This document shows, piece after piece, positions 19,740 to 29,310 of a stretch of 64,000 bases of DNA (the first letter of the stretch is position 1; each line of letters opens with the position of its first letter). Position numbers and translations under genes: made by a program. Source of the stretch: a virus. The notes beneath the pieces are model-generated. The model was not told where the DNA came from. It ran no database searches and was given only the letters and a program-made list of their open reading frames with translations. Location: IMG/VR virus record IMGVR_UViG_3300046492_000199. One strand, written 5' to 3'.

Positions 19740-21617
19740 CCTTCTTCCAATTCATTGGAGGAAGGTGTCATACCATAAGGAGAACCATGTCATGCTTATC
19801 ACAGTCCTCGTGCTCAGCGCCAATATCGTTTTCGTCCAGAACGGCGAAATCAAAGTCGGAACCGTGGTAAAGAAATCCGGTTCTGTAACTTATGTAAGAG
19901 ACTGTGAAAATGAGTCTCAAATTTATCGCGTCCCGGTACAGCGTGGCGAAGTCGTTGGGGCGTATCGCGGCACGTGTGCCGACTTCAGAGAATTGAAAAG
20001 GGAACTTAGGTGACGGTGGATTTTTGGAGCCTTTTTGGCTGGTGGTTTTTTGTTGGAATTTGTGAGTATTTAGGTCTGACCCTTTATGCTTTTGTTATGT
20101 TTGCCGTCTCTGAGCGTTATTTTGGACTAGGCGGCGCAATTGTTGTTGGTTACACCGTTTGGTGTTCGATTTTCATTCTGCCAATTGCTTGGCTATGTTA
20201 TGGGTTTTATTTAATTGGTACACAATTTTAGATTAAGGCTCCGATATTGGGTAAGCCGTTGGGCCTATCCATATTATGATTGCGAGAATTGTATCGGCAT
20301 GATAGAACATGGATGTTACTGTTCGTATTACGACGCCTACAGTCCCGGCTCAGGTGATATTCCTTGGTGGGTCAAAATTTTAAGAAAGATTTAGTTTATG
20401 AAAATTGTTTTAGTAAGTGGTGATGATTGGGAAGGTCTGTATATAAACGACTGTCTTGTAACCGAAGGTCATAAAGTCACTGTGAGAGAAGTTGTTGAGG
20501 CTATTTCTGAACGCTTGGTCCGTCTCGACATTACGTATGAATGGCAAGAAGTTGATTATGAATGGCTTCATGACCGAGGTGACTTGCCACAAGAACTTAA
20601 GAAGGTTAAATTAAATGCTCGATAATCCATTTGAATTTCTGACCCCGGCATGGCATGAGAGAGCCAATGAGATTCGTGAAGCGCGGGCCGTGGCTGATGC
20701 GGCTCGTGTCGAAAAGTTGAGGGAAGAAGGTATTTCTGGTGTCCTCGTTAACGCATTTTTCAACGATAATAAGCATGATCCAAGATATCCAAATATCGTT
20801 GGCCGCATCGATATTGATGCTAAGGGCCGATTTAATTTTTGGGACTTGGTTTATACCAGTCGTCTCAAAAAGATTTATGCTGAGAATGGCAGAACTTTTG
20901 CCAAGACACATTATTCACTTTATGAATTAATTGGTTTCGATCCAGAATCTATTCCAGAGGATTTCCGTTTTGCCTTCCAAGACCTTTGATAAAGAAGAAC
21001 TTAAACTAGTTATTTGGGGAGATTCAGAATCTCTAGAACTGATTGAAGATGATATTACTGATACGGGTCGCTGGACCGTGCATCACAAAATGATTTTCAA
21101 AGACGTTGAGACTGGAAAATTTTACTTGACAAATTATTCAGTTGGTGCTACAGAACAACAGGATGAGTATCCGTTCGAATACGAACCAGACGAAATTTCA
21201 TGTGCAGAAGTTAAGCCGGTAGAAAAAATTGTAATTAAATACGTAAAGGTTTGAAATGTCTAAAATTAATGAAACGCGTACCGAAAAGATGAAGAAGAAG
21301 AGCACGGAAGAGCTTAAGGCAATTATCCAAAGCGGCAGTCTCAGCAGGGCTGCGGCAGAATATGAAATGCAACGCAGAATGAAGGGTGGCGGGAAGTAAG
21401 AAGCTTCCCCTCCTTGTTACAACAACTCTTGAAAAGGAACTAAAATGTTTGCACTTATTATCGATCTCGCATTCCTCGCCCTCGTTGGATATGCCGGTTA
21501 TACCGCATATACCACTTACGTAGAGCGCGGTAATTCCATCTCTCCTCTCGATGAATACTTTGCCGCCTTCACAAAGAAGCTGTTTCGTAAGTAATCAACT
21601 AATTGATAATGCTTAAT

Positions 21618-21657
21618 AAAGGCCCTGTCAAGACATTGTCAGGGCTTTTTATTTTTT
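21618..21657 (+). terminator. intrinsic terminator
   Basis: GCCCTGTCAA-GACA-TTGTCAGGGC stem (one mismatch) followed by TTTTTATTTTTT. Confidence 0.65.
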
Positions 21658-21729
21658 AAAAATGGATCATTAAAGCATTGACTTTTTTGATTTTTTGTGC
21701 CATATAACAAGCATGTGAAAAAAGGCATA

Positions 21730-24700
21730 ATGATGAAGATTACTGAAAACGAGCTTGAAAGGCTTGTTGCTGGTTTATTTGGTGACGGTCTTACTCAAGG
21801 CAATATTGAATTTTTTAATGAAGAAGACAAAGTTTTAAAGACTCGTGACATAGACGAAGTCATCGCTTTCGATCCTACCCACTTCAGCTTGGAAACAACG
21901 GCTCAGGAATTGGTAGGTTTCGCCCTACCTGAAGATGAAGTCCCGGCTCACTATCCCGCACCAAGTGCGACAGGTGGCGGTTTGAAGCTGTGGTTCTACG
22001 AAACCGCGATTGATAGTGATCTCCTGCCCCAAAACGGCGAGCCCATCGTTGAAATTCCGCTGATCCAATATACCTTCAATGAAGATAATTTTTACGAAAC
22101 GTTTGACTTCGATGAAGTAAGCGAATCGTCTGAATTGTTATCGAAAATCGACCGAAAGACAAAAATTACTTTCGCCATGGCTCCAACCGCAGCTGCTAAA
22201 AAGGGTGGCTGGAAGAATGTCGAAGGCACTTTTGGCGATGTTATTGAAATGCTTACCCTTCACCAAGAGGGTAAGAAGGATGGGGCGTGCTTTGTTCAGG
22301 GCGAACTAGCTGGTGGGGATCGTGCCGCTAAGGCCATGGTCAAAAATTATCTAATCGGCTTCGATCTGGATACGGGTGAGACGGCGGAAGAAATTGATAC
22401 CCGCCTCGCTGAAACAGGTCTGGCCTATGTCAGATATACCACTCATTCTCATATGAAGGATGAGTCTGAAGTCAAACGCGATTCCTTTTTCAGGTGGAGC
22501 GAGCGCGATCCTACAAAAAATATCGACATTAATCTCCTCAGAAAATATCTAATTTCTAAGAAGGGTTTCATCCCGCGTGTCGTGGAAAAACTTGAAATCA
22601 TCGAAGACGCTAAAGTCTCCGAAGAAGGTACGCTCACGATTGTCAAGCATCACCAGATGCCGAAGCACAGAATCATTTTCTTCCTATCCGAGCCTTTCGT
22701 GTTTCAGGGCAAAGCAAATCAAATGGAAGAGATTAAGGCGTGGAAAGAGCATTACCACGGCCTAGGGATTGATCTAGGCTTCGTCTACGACCACACTTGT
22801 ATCGATCCGGCCCGTTTGTTCTTCATGCCGCGCCACGCCAAGGATGGGCCGTATGAGACACGTTTCGTAGACGGTGATTATGTCGATCTCCGCTCCTATG
22901 ACCGTGTCGAGATGAAACGTAGTGATAAGGCCGAGCCAGCAAATGCGTTTCAAGACGCTGGTAAATCTCTTGGTGCCACGAGTGAGGGCTTGTTTGTCAA
23001 TGGTTACAACCTGAAGCGTTGGATCATGACAAGGGATTGCGAAATTGTCGATCTGATCGAAGAATTTTATCCAGATGCGATTAAGACACCTCGCACCAAT
23101 GGTCCCGGCTTTCACATCGAATGCCCGTATGAAGATGAGCATACCAAAGCTGGTGGTTTAGGCACATATGCCATCAATGCTTCAGACGGTGATCGCGGCT
23201 TTCATATCCATTGCACTCATAACAGCTGTCAGGGCAGAAATAAACTAGAATACGTTCAGCGCATGGCAGAGCTTGAATGGTTCACGATAGATGATCTTCA
23301 GGACGAGCGCTTTTGCCCCAGCCTTTTGAGAGAAGAAGTTGAGGAAAGAGAAAGTTCTGAACCGCAAGAAGAATTTAACATTGCTGAACTGATCGACTCA
23401 CTTTCACAAGCGAGTAAAAAAGATGACGTGATCGACGCGGTTAGGAAGATTGGCAGGGTCGAAGATTTGGACGAAGATGACTTCGACGTTTATCTGTCTA
23501 AAATCAGCAGAAAAACTAAAGTCCCTAAGAAAATTCTGAAGAAGCACTTACCAACTAAGTTCGAAAAAACTGAGGATGAAAAAAATAAAAAACTTGACGA
23601 ATTGGATAAAAGGCTTCATAAGTACAACGAACGTTATGCAATGGTTGACACTGGATCAAAAGTAGTTATTATGGATTCACATAAGAAAGACATGACGTTT
23701 ACCGGTCGAGATGACTGGAAAGCACTTAAAGCGAATGAGAAAATTTTGGTACATGAAGGAACAGGCGAACCTCGCCTAGAACCGATTTCGAAGATTTGGT
23801 TGGAATGGGAGCAGAGACGCACCTATGAAGGCGTGACTTTCGATCCACGCCCTAATCCAGACCCGTCTAAGTTCAATCTTTTCAATGGGTTTCAAACCGT
23901 GTCCCGCAAAGGTAATTGGGATAAGTTAAAAAATCACATTTTCGAAGTGATTTGCCACAACAACGAAGAGCATTATCTTTGGGTCATGACATGGCTTGCT
24001 CATATCGTGCAACGCCCTTGGGAAAAGAAGGGCTCAGCTATCGTGGTTCGCGGCCTTAAAGGCGTGGGTAAATCTCTCGTCTTCACAATCTTTCAAGATA
24101 TGATGGGCAAGTACGGTATGAGTTCGGCTAATGCGTCCCACATTACGGGACAATTTAACTGGCACTTCAGAGACAAACTGTTTATGATCGCTGAAGAAGG
24201 CTTGTTCGCCGGTAATTCCAGAGAAGATTCGATCCTGAAAGAACTGATCACAGGTTCTTCCCTCCTCATGGAGCCAAAAGGTATCGATGCGTTCCAGATG
24301 GAAAACTTCCTTCGTATCGTGATCATTTCGAACGAAGAATGGGTTGTCAACGCCTCATCCGATGAGCGCCGCTATTTCGTCACTGAAGCCTCAAATAAAT
24401 ATAAAGATAACATCCTGTACTTCAAGGCCATCATTGAACAAATGGAAAATGGCGGCAAGGAAGCGATGATGTACGACTTGCTGCATTTCGAGCCTCAGAC
24501 CGAAGCGGGTTGGGACATTCTGCGTCAGCCGCCTAAGACTGACGCGCTGAGCCAGCAAGTAACACAATCCACACCGCCTTGGGAAAAGTTCTTCATCACG
24601 TTTGTTGAAAACATGGGCGTAGAAGAAGCCTCGGACGATCTGGAAAAAATCGAACTTGAATTTGGTGTTGATAATTGGGTCGATCCTAAGTTCTTGAGGC

Positions 24701-24921
24701 AGTATTACTACAACAGCTTGAAGACCGGTAATTCTCGATACAAGGCCGATCCAAAGACTTTCCAAAAACTTGCTGAGCATTACTTGGATGCAAAAATGGT
24801 TCGAAGAAAGAAAAGAGCCAACGAAGTTTGGATGAAACTACCACCACTAGAGACTATCATAGATCATATCCAAAATAACCTAAAAATTAAACTTGACATG
24901 CTCAACATTACGGAAGAATAA
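21730..24921 (+). CDS. primase-helicase (AEP-type primase/polymerase, Zn-binding region, DUF5906-type helicase)
   Basis: LIGFDLDTG, YTTHSH, KHRII. CPYEDEH...HCTHNSC. Walker A GLKGVGKS, then GQFNWH, MIAEEG, KELITG, MEPKGIDA, ISNE, DERRYFV. Confidence 0.85.
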   Translation: MMKITENELERLVAGLFGDGLTQGNIEFFNEEDKVLKTRDIDEVIAFDPTHFSLETTAQELVGFALPEDEVPAHYPAPSATGGGLKLWFYETAIDSDLLPQNGEPIVEIPLIQYTFNEDNFYETFDFDEVSESSELLSKIDRKTKITFAMAPTAAAKKGGWKNVEGTFGDVIEMLTLHQEGKKDGACFVQGELAGGDRAAKAMVKNYLIGFDLDTGETAEEIDTRLAETGLAYVRYTTHSHMKDESEVKRDSFFRWSERDPTKNIDINLLRKYLISKKGFIPRVVEKLEIIEDAKVSEEGTLTIVKHHQMPKHRIIFFLSEPFVFQGKANQMEEIKAWKEHYHGLGIDLGFVYDHTCIDPARLFFMPRHAKDGPYETRFVDGDYVDLRSYDRVEMKRSDKAEPANAFQDAGKSLGATSEGLFVNGYNLKRWIMTRDCEIVDLIEEFYPDAIKTPRTNGPGFHIECPYEDEHTKAGGLGTYAINASDGDRGFHIHCTHNSCQGRNKLEYVQRMAELEWFTIDDLQDERFCPSLLREEVEERESSEPQEEFNIAELIDSLSQASKKDDVIDAVRKIGRVEDLDEDDFDVYLSKISRKTKVPKKILKKHLPTKFEKTEDEKNKKLDELDKRLHKYNERYAMVDTGSKVVIMDSHKKDMTFTGRDDWKALKANEKILVHEGTGEPRLEPISKIWLEWEQRRTYEGVTFDPRPNPDPSKFNLFNGFQTVSRKGNWDKLKNHIFEVICHNNEEHYLWVMTWLAHIVQRPWEKKGSAIVVRGLKGVGKSLVFTIFQDMMGKYGMSSANASHITGQFNWHFRDKLFMIAEEGLFAGNSREDSILKELITGSSLLMEPKGIDAFQMENFLRIVIISNEEWVVNASSDERRYFVTEASNKYKDNILYFKAIIEQMENGGKEAMMYDLLHFEPQTEAGWDILRQPPKTDALSQQVTQSTPPWEKFFITFVENMGVEEASDDLEKIELEFGVDNWVDPKFLRQYYYNSLKTGNSRYKADPKTFQKLAEHYLDAKMVRRKKRANEVWMKLPPLETIIDHIQNNLKIKLDMLNITEE

Positions 24922-25190
24922 AATGCAGCGAAATATGTTTGGACTAAAAATTATTGAAAATATGGACGACATGGTAGAAGCCATGGAAGATTACGAAATT
25001 GATGAATTTTATGTAACTCTTGAAAAGGACAGAGAATCCAGTGGTTGGAAAGCCTTCTTTTTTCTAACAGTTGATGGCGAATCGTTAGCAGAAACTGATT
25101 CATGGTTCACTAGTAAAGCTGAACTGATTGAAGATATCGTGTCTGTTTTTGGCGAAGATGTAGATATTTTGAATTGAATTATTGAGAATG

Positions 25191-25229
25191 AAGATTCCGC
25201 TTGACAAAAGCGGAATCTTCTGTTATAAG
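25191..25229 (+). promoter_or_regulatory. promoter of NAD salvage operon with perfect 12-bp palindrome centred on the -35 box
   Basis: AAGATTCCGCTT-GACAA-AAGCGGAATCTT (25191-25219). TTGACA (25201-06), 17 nt, TATAAG (25224-29). Confidence 0.7.
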
Positions 25230-25266
25230 TCGAATGTTAAATGAAATGGCAAGAGAAGGAGTTTCT

Positions 25267-26337
25267 ATGCCGGGTATTAAATACGACTACGGCGTCTTCA
25301 TTGGACGCTATGCACCAATGCACGACGGTCATTTTAAAGTAATGACCGAAGCACTTGAGCAATGCGATTATTTGATCGTAGTTTGCGGTTCCGATAATAT
25401 GGCGCGGAACACCAGAACCCCCTTCACAGCATTAGAGCGTCAACACATGATTCGTCTAGCCACGAATCATAATGAACGGATTCTGCTTACAAGTGTTGGC
25501 GATTATCCTTACAATGATAATCTCTGGCTCGCAGAGGTTCAGCGCGCCGTAAATGAAGCCATCGTGTTGAACGAAAAGCAGCACACAGTTAGTTACACGA
25601 ATAAAGGCTTTAAAGATTATAACTACAAAATAGCTTTGGCCGGAATGCACAAAGATGCCAGTAGTTTTTATCTGAAGAAGTTCCCTCAATACGAATCTAT
25701 TGCAGTGACGCCTGACATGATCGGGAGTGTTGTACTGAGTGCTACCGAAATCAGGACAAAACTTTTCACCGGAGCGTTTGATACGGTGAAGCACTTGCAT
25801 CCAGAGGTACAATCCCTAATTCTTGGTGACATGAATGCGCGCCCTGATATTTGGGACAGGCTTCGATCCGATTGGGAATATGAACTAGGCTACGAAGCGA
25901 AATGGGGCAAAGGTCCACACACCACGGTAGACAATGCTGTGATCCAAGCCGGTCATATCCTTCTCATCCAGAGAGGGAATGAGTATGGCGAAGGTCTATA
26001 TGCTCTTCCGGGTGGTTTTGTAAATCGTGAACGATTGCTTCACGCAGCTGTTCGAGAACTTCGCGAAGAGACTAAACTAAAAGTACCTGAGAAGGTTCTT
26101 TTTGGCTCATTAAAGGCTGTTAAGGTCTATGATGATCCATTTAGGAGCAATCGCAGTCACATCATCACTCACTGCCACAAATATGTGCTTGAAGATGTGA
26201 GCGCTGGCCTTCCCAAAGTCAAGGGTAGTGATGACGCCAAATGGGCAGGTTGGGTGCCTATTTCTGAACTAAAACAAATGCGTGGTCAGTTCTTTGAGGA
26301 CCATGAGAGTCTTATCCAGTCAATTTTAACAGCATAA
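25267..26337 (+). CDS. nadM: bifunctional NMN adenylyltransferase / Nudix ADP-ribose pyrophosphatase (NadM-Nudix)
   Basis: FIGRYAPMHDGH, RTPFTALER, SATEIR. Nudix box ALPGGFV...AAVRELREET, then DPFRSNRSHIIT, GSDDA. ATG 25267 follows AAGGAG. Confidence 0.9.
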   Translation: MPGIKYDYGVFIGRYAPMHDGHFKVMTEALEQCDYLIVVCGSDNMARNTRTPFTALERQHMIRLATNHNERILLTSVGDYPYNDNLWLAEVQRAVNEAIVLNEKQHTVSYTNKGFKDYNYKIALAGMHKDASSFYLKKFPQYESIAVTPDMIGSVVLSATEIRTKLFTGAFDTVKHLHPEVQSLILGDMNARPDIWDRLRSDWEYELGYEAKWGKGPHTTVDNAVIQAGHILLIQRGNEYGEGLYALPGGFVNRERLLHAAVRELREETKLKVPEKVLFGSLKAVKVYDDPFRSNRSHIITHCHKYVLEDVSAGLPKVKGSDDAKWAGWVPISELKQMRGQFFEDHESLIQSILTA

Positions 26338-27756
26338 ATGAAGGAGCTTCATATGTTTAAACGTAATCCCGTAATCTCAACAGACAGTTATAAAATTTCA
26401 CATTTTAAGCAGTATCCTCCCGGTACTACTGAAGTAAGCTCATATATTGAATCTCGCGGCGGGCCATTCAATAATGTTGTCTTCAATGGCCTCCAAGGCT
26501 TTATGATGGAGAAACTTGAAGGTCCAAGAATTACCATCGAAGACGTTTTCAACGCAGAAAAAGTCGCGGAAGCTCATGGCGAACCTTTCAACAGGGAAGG
26601 TTGGGAGCGTATTGTTTATAAGCACGGCGGCATGTACCCTGTAGAGATTCAAGCCCTTCCCGAAGGATTTGTGACACGTCCCGGCGTTCCTTTGGTACAA
26701 ATTAAGAACACTGATCCTGAACTTCCATGGCTGACTTCTTATCTGGAAACTTCTTTGCTGCGCTCGATATGGTTCCCGGTAACGGTAGCCTCTCTCAGCC
26801 GTTCTATCAAAGAAGTTATTTATGATAACCTGAAAGCGACTTCTGATAATCCAGAAGCCGAACTTCCGTTCAAGCTGCACGATTTTTCGGCTCGCGGCGT
26901 ATCTTCTCAAGAAAGTGCAGAGATTGGCTCAACTGCTCACCTCCTAAACTTTATGGGAACGGATAGCATTGAGGCAATTCCTTACTTGCAATACGTCTAC
27001 GGCTATGCAGACATGCCGGGATATAGCATTGCTGCATCCGAGCATAGCACTATCACTAGTTGGGGCAGGGAAAATGAAATTCTTGCCTACAGTAACATGA
27101 TTGAGCAATTCGGCGGCGAAGGAAAAATCTACGCCTGCGTCAGTGACAGTTACGATATCTATAAAGCTGTGACTGAAATGTGGGGCAATGTGCTCAAGGA
27201 AAAGATTATCGCTAAAGGTGGAACCTTGGTGATCAGGCCAGACAGCGGTGATCCTGTAGAAATCACGCTTGAAGTCGTGAAGCGATTGGATGACGCATTT
27301 GGCAGCACCATTAATTCTAAGGGTTACAAGGTTCTACATCCCTCGGTTAGAATTATTCAGGGTGATGGAATTAACATTGATTCTATTAAAGCGATAGGTG
27401 AAAACTTTAAAGCCAATGGATATAGTGGTTCCAATATAGCGTATGGTATGGGCGGCGCTCTTCTTCAGCGAATTGATCGTGACACGATGAAATTTGCTAT
27501 GAAGGCAAACGAAATTGTAGTCAATGGCGAACCTCGCGAAGTCTACAAAGACCCTGTTACTGACACTGGCAAGCGCTCCAAGCGAGGTAGACAAGCCGTT
27601 GTAGCTTCCCATCATGGACACATTGTGATCCCTGAGAAGGATTGGATAGGCACAGGAGAACATAACTTCCTACAGCCTGTGTTCCGAGACGGCGTTATTC
27701 TAAAGCGTTGGACTTGGGATGAAGCTAGGGCTTACGCCTCGTTAAACACTATGTGA
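26338..27756 (+). CDS. nadV: nicotinamide phosphoribosyltransferase (NAMPT/NadV)
   Basis: TDSYKISH, YIESRGG, LHDFSARG, AASEHST, VSDSYD, IRPDSGD, IIQGDG, YGMGGALLQ, KDPVTD.GKRSKRG. Confidence 0.92.
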   Translation: MKELHMFKRNPVISTDSYKISHFKQYPPGTTEVSSYIESRGGPFNNVVFNGLQGFMMEKLEGPRITIEDVFNAEKVAEAHGEPFNREGWERIVYKHGGMYPVEIQALPEGFVTRPGVPLVQIKNTDPELPWLTSYLETSLLRSIWFPVTVASLSRSIKEVIYDNLKATSDNPEAELPFKLHDFSARGVSSQESAEIGSTAHLLNFMGTDSIEAIPYLQYVYGYADMPGYSIAASEHSTITSWGRENEILAYSNMIEQFGGEGKIYACVSDSYDIYKAVTEMWGNVLKEKIIAKGGTLVIRPDSGDPVEITLEVVKRLDDAFGSTINSKGYKVLHPSVRIIQGDGINIDSIKAIGENFKANGYSGSNIAYGMGGALLQRIDRDTMKFAMKANEIVVNGEPREVYKDPVTDTGKRSKRGRQAVVASHHGHIVIPEKDWIGTGEHNFLQPVFRDGVILKRWTWDEARAYASLNTM

Positions 27757-27767
27757 TCTAAAACATT

Positions 27768-27790
27768 AGCCCGCTTCGGCGGGCTTTTTG
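27768..27790 (+). terminator. intrinsic terminator of nadM-nadV operon
   Basis: AGCCCGC-TTCG-GCGGGCT followed by TTTT. Confidence 0.85.
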
Positions 27791-28313
27791 TTGTCCTGAA
27801 TATAAGTCAAAAAGAAGGCCCGCTGACGCGGACCTACACTAGTTTATTGAATTGTTGTCGCACTACTTTTGTGAATAGTATTAGAGTTAATCTAGAACCA
27901 CAGCCAACGCTGAAGCGGTAACTATTGCGGTAGTCAATAAGAGCGCAGGCATTCTATATTGCTCGTTCTCCCAATGCCCGATTGTTATGAACCAGCTGAA
28001 AAAGAACACGACCCACGGCGTAAGTAGTATCATCGCTATCAGAGAGCAGATGTGACTCATCACCAATCACCCTCTTCATCGGCCTTACCAACGATCCAGC
28101 TGTAACTCTCATCATCTTCAGGGTCGTTCAACGCTTCCATGATCTCGGCATATTCATCAAGAATGTCTGATTCGCGTTTCGTGACTGGATTACCCATGAA
28201 TTTCGTTCTCCTTGATTAAGTCTTTCAGTTCTTTTTGGTAAACTTCGTTGCCCGTTGTGTCATACATGTGGCAAAGAAAATCGATGATGCTTTCGAGTTG
28301 GTCTTTTTCTGCG

Positions 28314-28703
28314 TTATCCATAGACTTCTGTTAGGTTCCTGATTGCTGTTTTGATGTAGTTGTCGATCTTGGGCGCACGTTGTGGCAGTTCGGAAAGGCC
28401 GGTGCCTAGGCCGTCGAGAGGGATGATCAGTATGCCGTCAAGCGCGAGATGCTCATAGACCGGCTCCATATCAACGAGATAATGGTCTTCAAATAGATCG
28501 AAGTCATCATCGCTGAAAAAGCTGTTGTCATATTGAGAAGGGAGTTTCTTTGTCGCGATGCCAACGGCGTTAGGTTCGCCCCGCATTTCTTTTGCCTGTC
28601 CACCTAAGCCTTGACGCTTCAGGTTGTCTCCGAAGAGATATAGGACGTGGGGATTGGCTTGTAGATCGACGCGGTAAATAAATTTCTGGAAGATTACTGG
28701 CAT
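28314..28703 (-). CDS. macrodomain-like small protein (DUF7831-type)
   Basis: YLFGDN...GLGGQA.EMRGEPNAVGIATK and PLDGLGTG resemble the two Gly-rich loops of macrodomains. Confidence 0.5.
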   Translation of the reverse strand: MPVIFQKFIYRVDLQANPHVLYLFGDNLKRQGLGGQAKEMRGEPNAVGIATKKLPSQYDNSFFSDDDFDLFEDHYLVDMEPVYEHLALDGILIIPLDGLGTGLSELPQRAPKIDNYIKTAIRNLTEVYG

Positions 28704-29013
28704 TTTGCAACGGTCTCCGTGGCGATTTTCTCTGCCTGCTCTTTTGTTAGTTCCGTGCTATGCATAATGATTTTGGTTAAATCGTTTCTAAGAAATGTCG
28801 TTAGTGTTTTCTCAGAAAATACTTTACTTTTTTTGATCATTCGTATCCTCATTTTCAATGCGTTTAAAACCATGTACGGCACAATCTTTGTGATACCGTG
28901 CCACTATCTTACCGTCTGGCCTTATAAAGTCAACCGCTTCAGATGGTTTAATGTTGCCTTGAACAGGGTCACAGGAGCAAATTTTTTCTTCAGTCATTAT
29001 GTTTCTTTTTGTA

Positions 29014-29065
29014 TTGACTTTTTGATTATGACGTGATATCTAACACACTTATTAACGAAAGTCAA
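29014..29065. promoter_or_regulatory. face-to-face promoter pair at strand switch
   Basis: Plus strand TTGACT (29014-19), minus strand TTGACT (29065-60). Both lie 17 nt from the shared hexamer 29037-42 (TATCTA/TAGATA). Confidence 0.5.
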
Positions 29066-29310
29066 GAGTTAAGTGATTATAATTTATAATAATTTTGAGT
29101 GGGTCTATTTCTCGGAGCAGTTTGATTACTACATTGTCTCAGGTTATGTCATGACTTGTCCCTGCCCCGTCACTGGTGATCCAATTATTCACGACGTTAT
29201 TGTTGACGAAATTTGGGACGTGGAACAAAATAATAACTTGACAAATGTGATCGGACATGATTGGATAGCCTCGAATTTAGATAATCGCATATATTAATTA
29301 GGCATTTTTA

